Shown here: piece by piece, positions 39,231 through 48,083 of the stretch
Layout: every line of letters begins with the position of its first letter
How positions within the stretch are numbered: position 1 is the stretch's first letter
From: an uncultured Acetivibrio sp.
Lineage (GTDB): Bacteria; Bacillota; Clostridia; Acetivibrionales; Acetivibrionaceae
Direction of reading: 5' to 3'
Assembly (NCBI GenBank): GCA_964564015.1
Contig: CAZLZR010000013.1
Coordinates: 18,252 to 82,251, forward strand
Length of the DNA stretch: 64,000 nucleotides
Notes under the pieces: model-generated
What the model was told of the DNA's origin: nothing
The model's database searches: none
What the model saw: only the letters and a program-made list of their open reading frames with translations
Made by a program: the position numbers and the translations under genes

Positions 39231-40550
39231 ATGATGAGATCAATGTTCTCAGGCGTTTCTGGTCTACGTGCCCATCAGACAAAGATGGACGTTATAGGTA
39301 ACAATGTTGCCAATGTAAACACTGTTGCCTTCAAGTCTGGCAGGGTAACTTTCCAGGAAGTATTCAGTCAGACAATAAAAGGTGCAGGCGCACCGGATGC
39401 AGCTACCGGCAGAGGAGGAACGAACCCTATGCAGATAGGTTTGGGTATCGGTGTTGGTGCTGTTGATACAATAACTACAAGAGGAAGTCTTCAGAGGACA
39501 GACAATCCTACAGACCTGGCCATTGAAGGAGATGGTTTTTTCATCGTAAAGGGTGGCAATGCAGATACATTCCAATTTACCAGAGCAGGTAATTTCGGAA
39601 TTGACAAGACCGGGAATCTGGTAAACGGAAGCGGAATGAATGTTTATGGCTGGCAGGCTTATACGAGGGAAACCGACGGTACATATACATATGATACTGA
39701 AAATCCTATTGAGCCTATAAACCTCTATTCGGACATTCCAAACAAAAATAAAAGGATGATTGCTGCGAAAGCTACTACTTCAGCAGTTTTTGCCGGAAAT
39801 CTTGATGCTTCAAATATTCCGTTGGGGAGTGGAGCTAACGAAGACAATGTGCAGTTTAGTGTTCCGATGACAGTTTATGATTCTCTGGGCAACCCTTACA
39901 GTATAAATGTAGACATGTGGAAAATATCAGTTGGCAGCGGCGAGAGTGTTTGGAATTGGGCAATTGACACTGGTTCTGGATCTACAGCCTCAAGTGCGTC
40001 CGGTTCGATTAAATTCGATTCTCAGGGGCGTATAGTGGCATCAGGCACATCTGTTACACCGGCAATATCAATAATTCCACCCGATAGTGTAGGTTCTGAA
40101 CCTATAGATATAACGCTTGATTTCTCAAAACTTACAATGTATGCAGCTGACAGTTCGGCAAAACCCACAAATATAGATGGTTACTCCACAGGAACACTTG
40201 TAACTTTCAGCATAGGTTCGGATGGAATTATTACAGGTATATACAGCAACGGTCAGCAGCAACCGCTGGGAATGATTGCGCTGGCAAGTTTTGAGAACCC
40301 CGCAGGTTTACAGAAGACTGGTAATAATATGTTTATACCTACAACAAACTCCGGCGATTTCAAAAAGGGAGTAAAGGCAGGCTCGGAAGGGGTTGGAACA
40401 TTAAATCCGGGTACACTGGAAATGTCAAATGTTGACCTGTCCACGGAATTTACAGATATGATTGTAACGCAGAGAGGTTTCCAGGCCAATAGCAGAATAA
40501 TTACTACGTCTGACGAGATGCTGCAGGAATTAGTTAACTTAAAGAGATAA
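39231..40550 (+). CDS. flgE: Flagellar hook protein FlgE
   Basis: MRSMFSGVSGLRAHQTKMDVIGNNVANVNTVAFK N-terminus and C-terminal LEMSNVDLSTEFTDMIVTQRGFQANSRIITTSDEMLQELVNLKR. Confidence 0.97.
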   Translation: MMRSMFSGVSGLRAHQTKMDVIGNNVANVNTVAFKSGRVTFQEVFSQTIKGAGAPDAATGRGGTNPMQIGLGIGVGAVDTITTRGSLQRTDNPTDLAIEGDGFFIVKGGNADTFQFTRAGNFGIDKTGNLVNGSGMNVYGWQAYTRETDGTYTYDTENPIEPINLYSDIPNKNKRMIAAKATTSAVFAGNLDASNIPLGSGANEDNVQFSVPMTVYDSLGNPYSINVDMWKISVGSGESVWNWAIDTGSGSTASSASGSIKFDSQGRIVASGTSVTPAISIIPPDSVGSEPIDITLDFSKLTMYAADSSAKPTNIDGYSTGTLVTFSIGSDGIITGIYSNGQQQPLGMIALASFENPAGLQKTGNNMFIPTTNSGDFKKGVKAGSEGVGTLNPGTLEMSNVDLSTEFTDMIVTQRGFQANSRIITTSDEMLQELVNLKR

Positions 40551-40581
40551 TAGTGAATTAGGAATAGCTAAAAATTAAGTT

Positions 40582-40625
40582 ATATTCTAAAAAAGTTTGT
40601 TTATAAACAAACTTTTTTAGAATAT
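40582..40625. terminator. Perfect 44-nt palindrome (22-bp arms) downstream of flgE; weak terminator or mRNA-stabilising hairpin
   Basis: atattctaaaaaagtttgttta|taaacaaacttttttagaatat, verified base by base. The 3' arm contains a T6 run. Confidence 0.6.
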
Positions 40626-40797
40626 TTGTAATTGGCAAATATTTTTATTAAAAAATTATATAATTTTAAAGGATTATATAGGACCTATGAAGAATAAGTA
40701 CGTATTCGACACAGATTTATGATGAAATTCACCAAAATTCTATATAATTTTGCAAAAAAATAAAAAAATTCTATTGAGTTTTTGAGGTAAAAATATT

Positions 40798-40998
40798 ATG
40801 ATTGAATTAACTAAATTAAATGGCTCAAAATTCGTCTTAAATGGTGAACTGATAGAAAGTCTTGAGGAAACACCAGATACTGTTATTTCTACAACAACCG
40901 GTAAAAAGATTGTGGTTGCCGAAAATGTTGAAGAAATAGTCAAAAAAGTAATAGATTATAAGAGAAAAATATTCTGTAAGCTTTTATCAAATAATTAA
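40798..40998 (+). CDS. flbD: Flagellar protein FlbD (SwrD-like)
   Basis: 66 aa. MIELTKLNGSKFVLNGELIESLEETPDTVISTTTGKKIVVAENVEEIVKKV is the typical FlbD pattern. Confidence 0.88.
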   Translation: MIELTKLNGSKFVLNGELIESLEETPDTVISTTTGKKIVVAENVEEIVKKVIDYKRKIFCKLLSNN

Positions 40999-41181
40999 CT
41001 GATCTTATGTAAGTTCAAAGTTTTTCTAATAAGTATTTTTTTGATGGACATTGTAAGGGGTTATCATAGAATTAACCCGGACATAAAGAACCATTGATTT
41101 AACCTTATGCTCGTTTGAAATTCAAAGTTTTTTAGCTGTGCCCAAGTTTATAGTTTTTTAAAAGATAAAGGGGGCATTAAT

Positions 41182-41685
41182 TTGGAGGGCAAAAGAAGTG
41201 GTTTTTTCATTCTCATTGGTATAGTTGCGTTTCTTTCATTAGCTCTTGCATTATTGGCAGGGTATGTGTTTTTTGTACAGGGAAATCATTTAGATGGAGG
41301 GCAAAAAAAGCAAATAGTTGTTCCTAAAGATGAGGAACTATTATCTGAAAAAATGTTCGAAGAAAATACTGCATTCAATTTAAAAACAGAAGGAAAAGAT
41401 AACGAAATTCATGTTATTTTAGTCAATGTTGAACTTAAGTACTTTGCAAAATTTCAAGGAATTAAGGATACAACTGTGAAGATACAATCAAATAAGAGCA
41501 AGCTTATTGAATTGGTGGGTACATATTTTCAAGGCTTGACTATTGATGATGTAAAAAAAGCGGATTCTAAAGAGAAAGCAAGGGCTGAGCTCAAGAAAAG
41601 AATGAATGAACTTTTACTTCAAAATGAAGAAAAAGACGGAGAACTTGTCTACAGTGTTGTATTCGAATATTGGTTTTATCAGTAG
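41182..41685 (+). CDS. fliL: Flagellar basal body-associated protein FliL
   Basis: 167 aa with a single N-terminal TM. FliL-type C-terminal domain (NVELKY...ELVGTYFQGLTIDDV...LKKRMNELL). TTG start after aaaggggg. Confidence 0.85.
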   Translation: MEGKRSGFFILIGIVAFLSLALALLAGYVFFVQGNHLDGGQKKQIVVPKDEELLSEKMFEENTAFNLKTEGKDNEIHVILVNVELKYFAKFQGIKDTTVKIQSNKSKLIELVGTYFQGLTIDDVKKADSKEKARAELKKRMNELLLQNEEKDGELVYSVVFEYWFYQ

Positions 41686-41698
41686 GAGGTGGTTTTAA

Positions 41699-42685
41699 AT
41701 GGGTGATATTTTATCACAAAATGAGATAGACGAGCTGCTTAAAGCCCTGAATACTGGAGAAATAGATGTACAGAATATGACCTCTAAAACTGAAGAGAGA
41801 AAGGTAAGAAATCATGATTTCAGAAGGCCTAGCAAGTTTGCAAAGGATCATATGAAAACTCTCAATATTATACATGACAACTATGCAAGGCTGCTGACAA
41901 ACTTTTTATCCGGGTATTTGAGGACGCTTGTACAGGTTGAGGTTATTTCTGTTGAAGCGATAGCATATTATGAGTTTAATAATTCAATTTCAAATCCGGC
42001 AGTGTTGGCCATCGTAGATTTTTCACCTCTTTCCGGATCGATAATATTTGAAATGGCGCCTCCCATTGCATATGCATTAATTGACAGGATTCTCGGAGGC
42101 AAAGGCTATCCGATGGAAAAAATCAGAGAATTTACTGAAGTAGAACTTGCTATTGTTGAAAGAATTATTATTCAGGTTTTAAATCTTATGAGAGAACCTT
42201 GGGAAAATGTTATAGCAATCAGGCCAAGGCTTGAAAAGATAGAGACCAATGCACAATTTGCCCAGATAATATCAGCCAATGAAATGGTGGCTCTTATAAC
42301 TTTAAGTGCGAAAATAGGTGAAGTTGAGGGAATGATCAATATCTGCATACCTCATATGGTGGTTGAACCGATAGTATCAAAGCTAAGTACAAAGTTCTGG
42401 TTTTCAAATAGTGAGAAGGAAAAATTGTGTGAAAATAAGGAAACTATTGAGATTAAGATTGAAAATACAAAGGTGCCTGTCAGGGCAGTTTTAGGTAGAG
42501 CTACAATATTCGTAAATGACTTTATCGAACTTCGGCCAGGGGATGTAATACCCTTGGATTCGAGTGTAAGTGGTAACCTTGAGATTCTCGTCGGTGACCT
42601 TTTAAAGTTTTACGGTACACCTGGAGTTAAGAAGAACAGGGTTGCCATTAAGGTAAATGAAGTTGTAAGAGGAGAGGAGGAGTAG
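41699..42685 (+). CDS. fliM: Flagellar motor switch protein FliM
   Basis: N-terminal CheY-P-binding motif LSQNEIDELL, FliM middle domain, C-terminal SpoA/FliN-like domain. Confidence 0.95.
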   Translation: MGDILSQNEIDELLKALNTGEIDVQNMTSKTEERKVRNHDFRRPSKFAKDHMKTLNIIHDNYARLLTNFLSGYLRTLVQVEVISVEAIAYYEFNNSISNPAVLAIVDFSPLSGSIIFEMAPPIAYALIDRILGGKGYPMEKIREFTEVELAIVERIIIQVLNLMREPWENVIAIRPRLEKIETNAQFAQIISANEMVALITLSAKIGEVEGMINICIPHMVVEPIVSKLSTKFWFSNSEKEKLCENKETIEIKIENTKVPVRAVLGRATIFVNDFIELRPGDVIPLDSSVSGNLEILVGDLLKFYGTPGVKKNRVAIKVNEVVRGEEE

Positions 42686-42686
42686 C

Positions 42687-43907
42687 ATGGGTGACATGTT
42701 ATCGCAGGCAGAAATTGATGCTTTGCTAAATGGTGGTTCAGCTCCTGAGAGTGACGGTAATGCCGGAGGTTCTGAACTTTCAGTCCAGGAGGTTGATGCC
42801 TTAGGTGAGGTGGGTAATATTAGCATGGGCACGTCAGCTACTACGCTTTATGCTCTGCTAGGACAAAAGGTAATGATTACTACTCCACAGGTAAATGTTA
42901 GTTCATGGGGAGAACTTTCAGACCAATATAGTACAGGTTATGTGGCCGTAAAAATTGAGTATACTGAAGGCTTATTTGGTGCTAACCTGCTTGTTTTAAA
43001 GGAGAATGATGCAAAAATTATAACTGACCTGATGATGGGTGGCGATGGAAGCAATATATCGGGAGAACTGACAGATCTCCATTTAAGTGCAATAGGTGAA
43101 GCTATGAACCAAATGATTGGTTCGGCGGCAACATCAATGTCGTCAATGTTTGATAAAAGAGTCGATATATCTCCGCCCAGAGCTTTTTGTATGACCTTTG
43201 ACAATGCCACAGAGGAAGTCTTTAAACAGAACGACAAACTGGTGAAAATTGCATTTAAGATGGTAATAGGTGAACTTGTAGATAGCGAGATAATGCAACT
43301 TATACCTATAGATTTTGCCAAGGATCTTGTAGAGAACCTTATAAATGCAAACGCGGAAAGTGCGGTTTCAGCACCTGTTCATAACAGCAATACTGCTTCA
43401 ACGCAACAAGCACCACAGGCACAGCTGCCTCCGCAGCAGCAGTACCCACAGCAACAACAGTATCAGCAACAACAGTATCAACAACAACAGTATCAACAAC
43501 AGAATCCTCATCAGTATCAGGAGCAGCAGTATCCCCAAATGTACCAGGGAATGTCTCAGTATGGTAATGTTCCACATGATCAGGGAAGGTTCAGGGAACC
43601 TGTTAATGTACAGCCGGCACAGTTCCAAGCTTTTGATGATGGAATGATATCCTTCGAAAAAAAGAATATCGGACTTATAATGGATGTACCCTTGCAGGTT
43701 ACTGTTGAATTAGGAAGAACCAACAGGCTGATAAAAGATATTCTGGAGTTTGGGCCGGGATCCATAATTGAGCTCGATAAGCTGGCAGGTGAGCCGGTGG
43801 ATATTCTTGTAAACGGTAAAGTAATTGCAAAAGGAGAAGTAGTTGTAATCGATGAAAGTTTTGGGGTGAGAATTACGGACATTATACATCCTTCAAAGCG
43901 ACTTTAA
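42687..43907 (+). CDS. fliY: Flagellar motor switch phosphatase FliY (CheC-like domain plus FliN C-terminal domain) with Gln/Tyr-rich linker
   Basis: N-terminal LSQAEIDALLNG. CheC-type motifs EVGNISMGTSATTL and AIGEAMNQMIGSAATSM. C-terminal FliN domain LQVTVELGRTNRLIKDILEFGPGSIIELDKLAGEPVDILVNGKVIAKGEVVVIDESFGVRITDI. Confidence 0.93.
   Translation: MGDMLSQAEIDALLNGGSAPESDGNAGGSELSVQEVDALGEVGNISMGTSATTLYALLGQKVMITTPQVNVSSWGELSDQYSTGYVAVKIEYTEGLFGANLLVLKENDAKIITDLMMGGDGSNISGELTDLHLSAIGEAMNQMIGSAATSMSSMFDKRVDISPPRAFCMTFDNATEEVFKQNDKLVKIAFKMVIGELVDSEIMQLIPIDFAKDLVENLINANAESAVSAPVHNSNTASTQQAPQAQLPPQQQYPQQQQYQQQQYQQQQYQQQNPHQYQEQQYPQMYQGMSQYGNVPHDQGRFREPVNVQPAQFQAFDDGMISFEKKNIGLIMDVPLQVTVELGRTNRLIKDILEFGPGSIIELDKLAGEPVDILVNGKVIAKGEVVVIDESFGVRITDIIHPSKRL
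43403..43545 (+). repeat. CAR-rich low-complexity tract with 15-nt tandem units (cagcaacaacagtat x3) encoding the FliY Q/Y/P linker
   Basis: Units at 43449-43463, 43464-43478 and 43479-43493. The encoded peptide is QQAPQAQLPPQQQYPQQQQYQQQQYQQQQYQQQNPHQYQEQQYPQMYQG. Confidence 0.85.
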
Positions 43908-44040
43908 TATAAATTTGAACTAATAATATACTATTTCACAGCATTTACCCTGCAGACAACAGTTTGAAAATGTATTTAAACAATTTTTAAAATACAAAAC
44001 GGACAGTAGTGCAGACTAAAATTAAGGAGAGGGATAAATA

Positions 44041-44403
44041 ATGAGTAAAAAGATTCTGATAGTAGATGATGCAGCATTTATGAGGATGATGATTAAGGAT
44101 ATTCTTACTAAAAATGGTTACGAGGTTGCGGGTGAGGCTGAAAACGGAGCGCGTGCAATTGATAAGTATAAGGAATTAACTCCAGATCTTGTAATAATGG
44201 ATATAACTATGCCGGAAGTAGATGGAATAGCAGCTGTCAGAGAAATAAAGAAAATTAATTCCGATTCAAAGATAATAATGTGTTCTGCAATGGGGCAGCA
44301 GGCAATGGTAATTGAGTCTATCCAGGCAGGTGCAAGAGATTTCATCGTAAAACCTTTCCAGGCAGAAAGAGTTGTTGAAGCCGTAAAAAAAGTATTGGGC
44401 TAA
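44041..44403 (+). CDS. cheY: Chemotaxis response regulator CheY
   Basis: 120-aa single receiver domain with DD acidic pocket (LIVDDAAFMR), phospho-acceptor D in VIMDITMP, and conserved K in FIVKPF. Confidence 0.95.
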   Translation: MSKKILIVDDAAFMRMMIKDILTKNGYEVAGEAENGARAIDKYKELTPDLVIMDITMPEVDGIAAVREIKKINSDSKIIMCSAMGQQAMVIESIQAGARDFIVKPFQAERVVEAVKKVLG

Positions 44404-44451
44404 GTATATTATAATAAATTATAGCTTTTATAGCTGGACAAGGAGCATCAA

Positions 44452-44961
44452 ATGGGCGGTATTGGTGAGATGCTGATTAGTTTTTTTGTGTTTGTTATTG
44501 TTTTTGGCTCGATACTCTTTTTGGCATATGTTACCTCAAGATTTATCGCCAATAAATCAGGAAGGGCTGTGAAAGGGAGAAATATCAATATAATTGAAAC
44601 AGTCAGCCTTGGACTTGATAGCAAGCTGCATCTTGTGAAAGTTGGCGAGGAATTCGTGCTTATAAGTGTATCGGGAAAGAATGTTCAACTACTTACAAAA
44701 GTAAATTTAGACGGATATACGGAAACTGATCTTTCAAGTGTTGGGAATCCCTTTGATTTTAAGGATATATTTGAGAAATATATCCAGAGCTTTAAAGGTA
44801 GACAGAATGGAAAAGGTGACATAAAACCTCAGGAAGATAAGAATGGCAGTGATGATAATAGTTTTCGGCGCAATCTTGTTAAACTAAGGACACTAACATC
44901 TAATATCGGGAAGTATGATACCACAAGTGGAGATGAAGACACTAATGAAAATCAAGGTTAA
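44452..44961 (+). CDS. fliO: Flagellar biosynthesis protein FliO (B. subtilis FliZ-type)
   Basis: Single N-terminal TM followed by the conserved INIIETVSLGLDSKLHLVKVGEEFVLISVSGKNV core. Immediately precedes fliP. Confidence 0.8.
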   Translation: MGGIGEMLISFFVFVIVFGSILFLAYVTSRFIANKSGRAVKGRNINIIETVSLGLDSKLHLVKVGEEFVLISVSGKNVQLLTKVNLDGYTETDLSSVGNPFDFKDIFEKYIQSFKGRQNGKGDIKPQEDKNGSDDNSFRRNLVKLRTLTSNIGKYDTTSGDEDTNENQG

Positions 44962-45724
44962 GTACTTTGCAGTTGTCGCACTTTTACTCATAGTTTTTCT
45001 TGCTTTGGCTTCAAATGCATATGCTGAGCCTGATTTGACTTTGCCAAAAGTTGATATCAGTGTGGGAACTTCCGATAACCCTGAAGATTTTACTACAAGT
45101 GTACAGGTTTTATTGCTTCTGACTATTTTGTCATTGGCACCTTCGATTTTGATGATGATGACAAGCTTCACGCGAATAATAATTCTTCTTTCCTTTTTGA
45201 GAAATGCTCTGGGAACTCAGCAGATGCCGCCGAATCAAGTGTTGATTGGGCTAGCTTTGTTTTTAACGTTGTTTATAATGAATCCGGTGATTACAGAAAT
45301 AAACGAGACTGCATACAAGCCTTATTCAAATAAGGAAATAACCCAGCAGGTTGCATTGGAAAGATCCTCAAAAATCATTAAGAATTTTATGCTGAAGCAA
45401 ACAGAAAAGAAGGATATTGCACTATTTGTTTCACTATCGGGTACCAAGACTCCGATTAAAGAGGAGGACGTTCCAAATCTTCCGCTAACCACATTAATTC
45501 CGGCTTTTCTAATAAGTGAACTTACAACTGCTTTTAAGATTGGATTTTTAATTTACTTGCCATTTCTTGTAATAGATATAGTTGTATCAAGCACGTTGAT
45601 GTCCATGGGAATGATGATGCTTTCGCCGATAATGATTTCGCTTCCTTTTAAGATACTGCTTTTTATAATGGTTGGGGGCTGGAATCTTTTTTCACAAATG
45701 ATTATAAACAGTTTTGTAACCTAG
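44945..45724 (+). CDS. fliP: Flagellar export apparatus protein FliP
   Basis: Signal-like N-terminus; conserved LLLLTILSLAPSILMMMTSFTRIIILLSFLRNALGTQQMPPNQVLIGLALFLTLFIM. Start uncertain (44915, 44933 or 44945); 44945 has ggaga 11 nt upstream. Confidence 0.9.
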   Translation: MKIKVKYFAVVALLLIVFLALASNAYAEPDLTLPKVDISVGTSDNPEDFTTSVQVLLLLTILSLAPSILMMMTSFTRIIILLSFLRNALGTQQMPPNQVLIGLALFLTLFIMNPVITEINETAYKPYSNKEITQQVALERSSKIIKNFMLKQTEKKDIALFVSLSGTKTPIKEEDVPNLPLTTLIPAFLISELTTAFKIGFLIYLPFLVIDIVVSSTLMSMGMMMLSPIMISLPFKILLFIMVGGWNLFSQMIINSFVT

Positions 45725-45752
45725 CTTCAGATGAAAATTGGGGGGATAAAGA

Positions 45753-46022
45753 TTGGATCAGGGTATGATAATTCAATTGGCTCAGAAATCTTTAATGACA
45801 GTTATTTTTGTATCAGCTCCAATGTTGGGTTTGAGTTTGATTGTAGGTCTTGCAGTAAGTATATTTCAGGCGACTACGCAGATACAGGAGCAGACACTGA
45901 CTTTTATTCCTAAAATACTGTCTGTACTGGCAGGAATAGCTTTGTTTGGTTCGTGGATGCTAAAAGTACTGATGGAATATACTCAAAGTATTTATATGAA
46001 TATAAACCAATATATAAGATAA
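45753..46022 (+). CDS. fliQ: Flagellar export apparatus protein FliQ
   Basis: 89 aa with two TM segments and conserved IFQATTQIQEQTLTFIPKI. TTG start after gggggga. Confidence 0.93.
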   Translation: MDQGMIIQLAQKSLMTVIFVSAPMLGLSLIVGLAVSIFQATTQIQEQTLTFIPKILSVLAGIALFGSWMLKVLMEYTQSIYMNINQYIR

Positions 46023-46058
46023 GTTTAATAGATTTATCTATATTCTGGAGGATTTAAA

Positions 46059-46844
46059 TTGATCTTAACAGAAGGAATTTTGGTAAACGGTATAGAAGTA
46101 TTCTTATTAATATTTATCAGGATGGTTGGGCTCTTTGTAATTGCTCCTATCTTCAGCAGAGCCAACGTACCTACTTATTTAAAAATTGGCTTTTCGTTTA
46201 TGCTGGCTTTAATACTTGTAAATACTATAAGTAACCAGAATATCGTTATAAATAACATTTATGAATTTACTGCATTGGTTTTCAGGGAATTTATTGTAGG
46301 AATTACTTTAGGATATGTTTCATATACGATTTTTACCGCTATATACGTAGCAGGCGAATTGATAGATATGCAGATAGGATTTGGTGTGGTCAATGTTATT
46401 GATCCTGTTAGTAATATTCAAGTGTCGATAACTTCAACATTTTATTTCATAGTTTGTATGTTGATTTTTCTATTGAGCAACGGTCATCATATTTTGATAA
46501 GGGCATTGTTTAGTAGTTACCAGTACGTACCCTTGGGTCAGGCAATGTTTGGCAGAGGATTGCAGGAGAGAATTTTGGAGGTTTTTGGAGGCGTATTTAT
46601 TATAGCTTTTAAGGTTGCCGCCCCAATACTTGCAGCAGTACTGATTACAGATGTTGCTTTAGGTGTTTTGTCCAAGACAGTACCACAGCTTAATGTATTT
46701 ATGGTTGGAATGCCGCTGAAAATACTATTAGGATTAGCTGTTATGTTTGTTACCATGCCGCTGTTTGTGTCAATTGTCCAGACGCTTATCAAAGGAATGG
46801 ACAGTGAGATGCTGAATTTTCTTAAGAATATGGGGCCGAAATGA
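46059..46844 (+). CDS. fliR: Flagellar export apparatus protein FliR
   Basis: 261-aa polytopic membrane protein with FliR-type GELIDMQIGFG motif. Confidence 0.92.
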   Translation: MILTEGILVNGIEVFLLIFIRMVGLFVIAPIFSRANVPTYLKIGFSFMLALILVNTISNQNIVINNIYEFTALVFREFIVGITLGYVSYTIFTAIYVAGELIDMQIGFGVVNVIDPVSNIQVSITSTFYFIVCMLIFLLSNGHHILIRALFSSYQYVPLGQAMFGRGLQERILEVFGGVFIIAFKVAAPILAAVLITDVALGVLSKTVPQLNVFMVGMPLKILLGLAVMFVTMPLFVSIVQTLIKGMDSEMLNFLKNMGPK

Positions 46845-48043
46845 AGATGCTAATGTATAAGCAAAAGATGGAATCAGAAGGGAAATATATCTTAAGAAGC
46901 ATTGAAAATCTTGAAAAAAATGGATTATTCCTGAAATCGAGGGGAATACAACCTGTCAATCTGCAGCTTTTTGGAGATAATGGTGACAAGACAGAAAAGG
47001 CTACGCCCAAAAAGAGGCAAAAGGCAAGGGAAGAAGGACAGGTTCTTCAAAGCAGGGAAATGACTGCAGCAATAGTTTTGCTTTGTTTGTTCATAACTAT
47101 CAGGATTGCCGGTGGTTTTATGTATGAACAGATATATCTATATTTCAAAATAGTTTTTACCGAATATTCGAAAATAACAGATATGTTTACTATAAAAGGG
47201 TTGGTAAAGGTTTTTATTGATTTACTGTTGCGTTTTTTGAAAATTGTTGCTCCAATATTTGTTGTTGCACTTATTACTGGTGTTGCAGCAGGATATGCGC
47301 AGGTTGGATATTTGTTTACTACAAAAACCATTGGCTTTAAATTTAACAGGATTAATCCTCTTAACGGTTTTAAAAAAATTTTTTCGCTCAAGTCAGTAAC
47401 GGAATTGGTAAAGTCTTTGCTGAAGATAACAGTAATAGGGTATATAGGTTATTCGTATCTTGTAGATGAAGCAAATAATATACTCAAGACTATGGATATG
47501 GATGTAATAAGCATAGCAATATATATATGTACAGCTATAATTGATGTTGCAATAAGAATGTGTGTAGCCATGTTGATACTTGGAGTTATAGATTATGGTT
47601 ATCAGTGGTGGGAATATGAAAAAAGTCTTAAGATGTCAAAGCAGGAGATAAAGGAAGAACATAAGGAAGCAGAAGGAAATCCTGAAATTAAAGGTAAGAT
47701 CAGACAAAAGCAGCGTCAGATAGCACTTAGAAGAATGCTTCAGGATATTCCTAAAGCAGATGTTGTAATAACAAACCCTACTCACTTTGCAGTGGCAATA
47801 AAGTATGATCCAAAAGTCTCAGATGCACCGCTGGTAGTTGCTAAAGGTCAGGATTACATAGCCTTGAGAATAAAAGAGATAGCCAGGGAAAGTAAAGTGG
47901 AAATTGTAGAGAATAAGCCGTTGGCAAGAACACTATATTCAACGGTGGATATTGGAGAGAGAATACCTCCTGAATTGTTCCAGGCTGTGGCAGAAGTCCT
48001 TGCCTTCGTTTACAGTATTAAGAATAAGGGAAGTGTTGTATAA
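46841..48043 (+). CDS. flhB: Flagellar export switch protein FlhB (with ~45-aa N-terminal extension)
   Basis: ATGA overlap with the fliR stop. Conserved EKTEKATPKKRQKAREEGQV, four TM segments, autocleavage site NPTH (VVITNPTHFAVAIKY). Confidence 0.92.
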   Translation: MKMLMYKQKMESEGKYILRSIENLEKNGLFLKSRGIQPVNLQLFGDNGDKTEKATPKKRQKAREEGQVLQSREMTAAIVLLCLFITIRIAGGFMYEQIYLYFKIVFTEYSKITDMFTIKGLVKVFIDLLLRFLKIVAPIFVVALITGVAAGYAQVGYLFTTKTIGFKFNRINPLNGFKKIFSLKSVTELVKSLLKITVIGYIGYSYLVDEANNILKTMDMDVISIAIYICTAIIDVAIRMCVAMLILGVIDYGYQWWEYEKSLKMSKQEIKEEHKEAEGNPEIKGKIRQKQRQIALRRMLQDIPKADVVITNPTHFAVAIKYDPKVSDAPLVVAKGQDYIALRIKEIARESKVEIVENKPLARTLYSTVDIGERIPPELFQAVAEVLAFVYSIKNKGSVV

Positions 48044-48083
48044 AAAGTGGTAGAAAAGTTTTAGAAAGGGGGATAGATTCTGT

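Noticed and set aside
40999-41181. Direct repeat (ttaac..cttatg..ttcaaagttttt at ~40996-41025 and ~41099-41133) in the flbD-fliL spacer, considered as a motAB deletion scar
   Set aside because: The repeat is short, interrupted and AT-rich. The B. subtilis fla/che operon also lacks motAB at this position, so their absence is not anomalous.
45731-45913. 60-aa ORF overlapping fliQ in another frame
   Set aside because: It lies almost wholly within the well-supported fliQ gene and has no conserved features.
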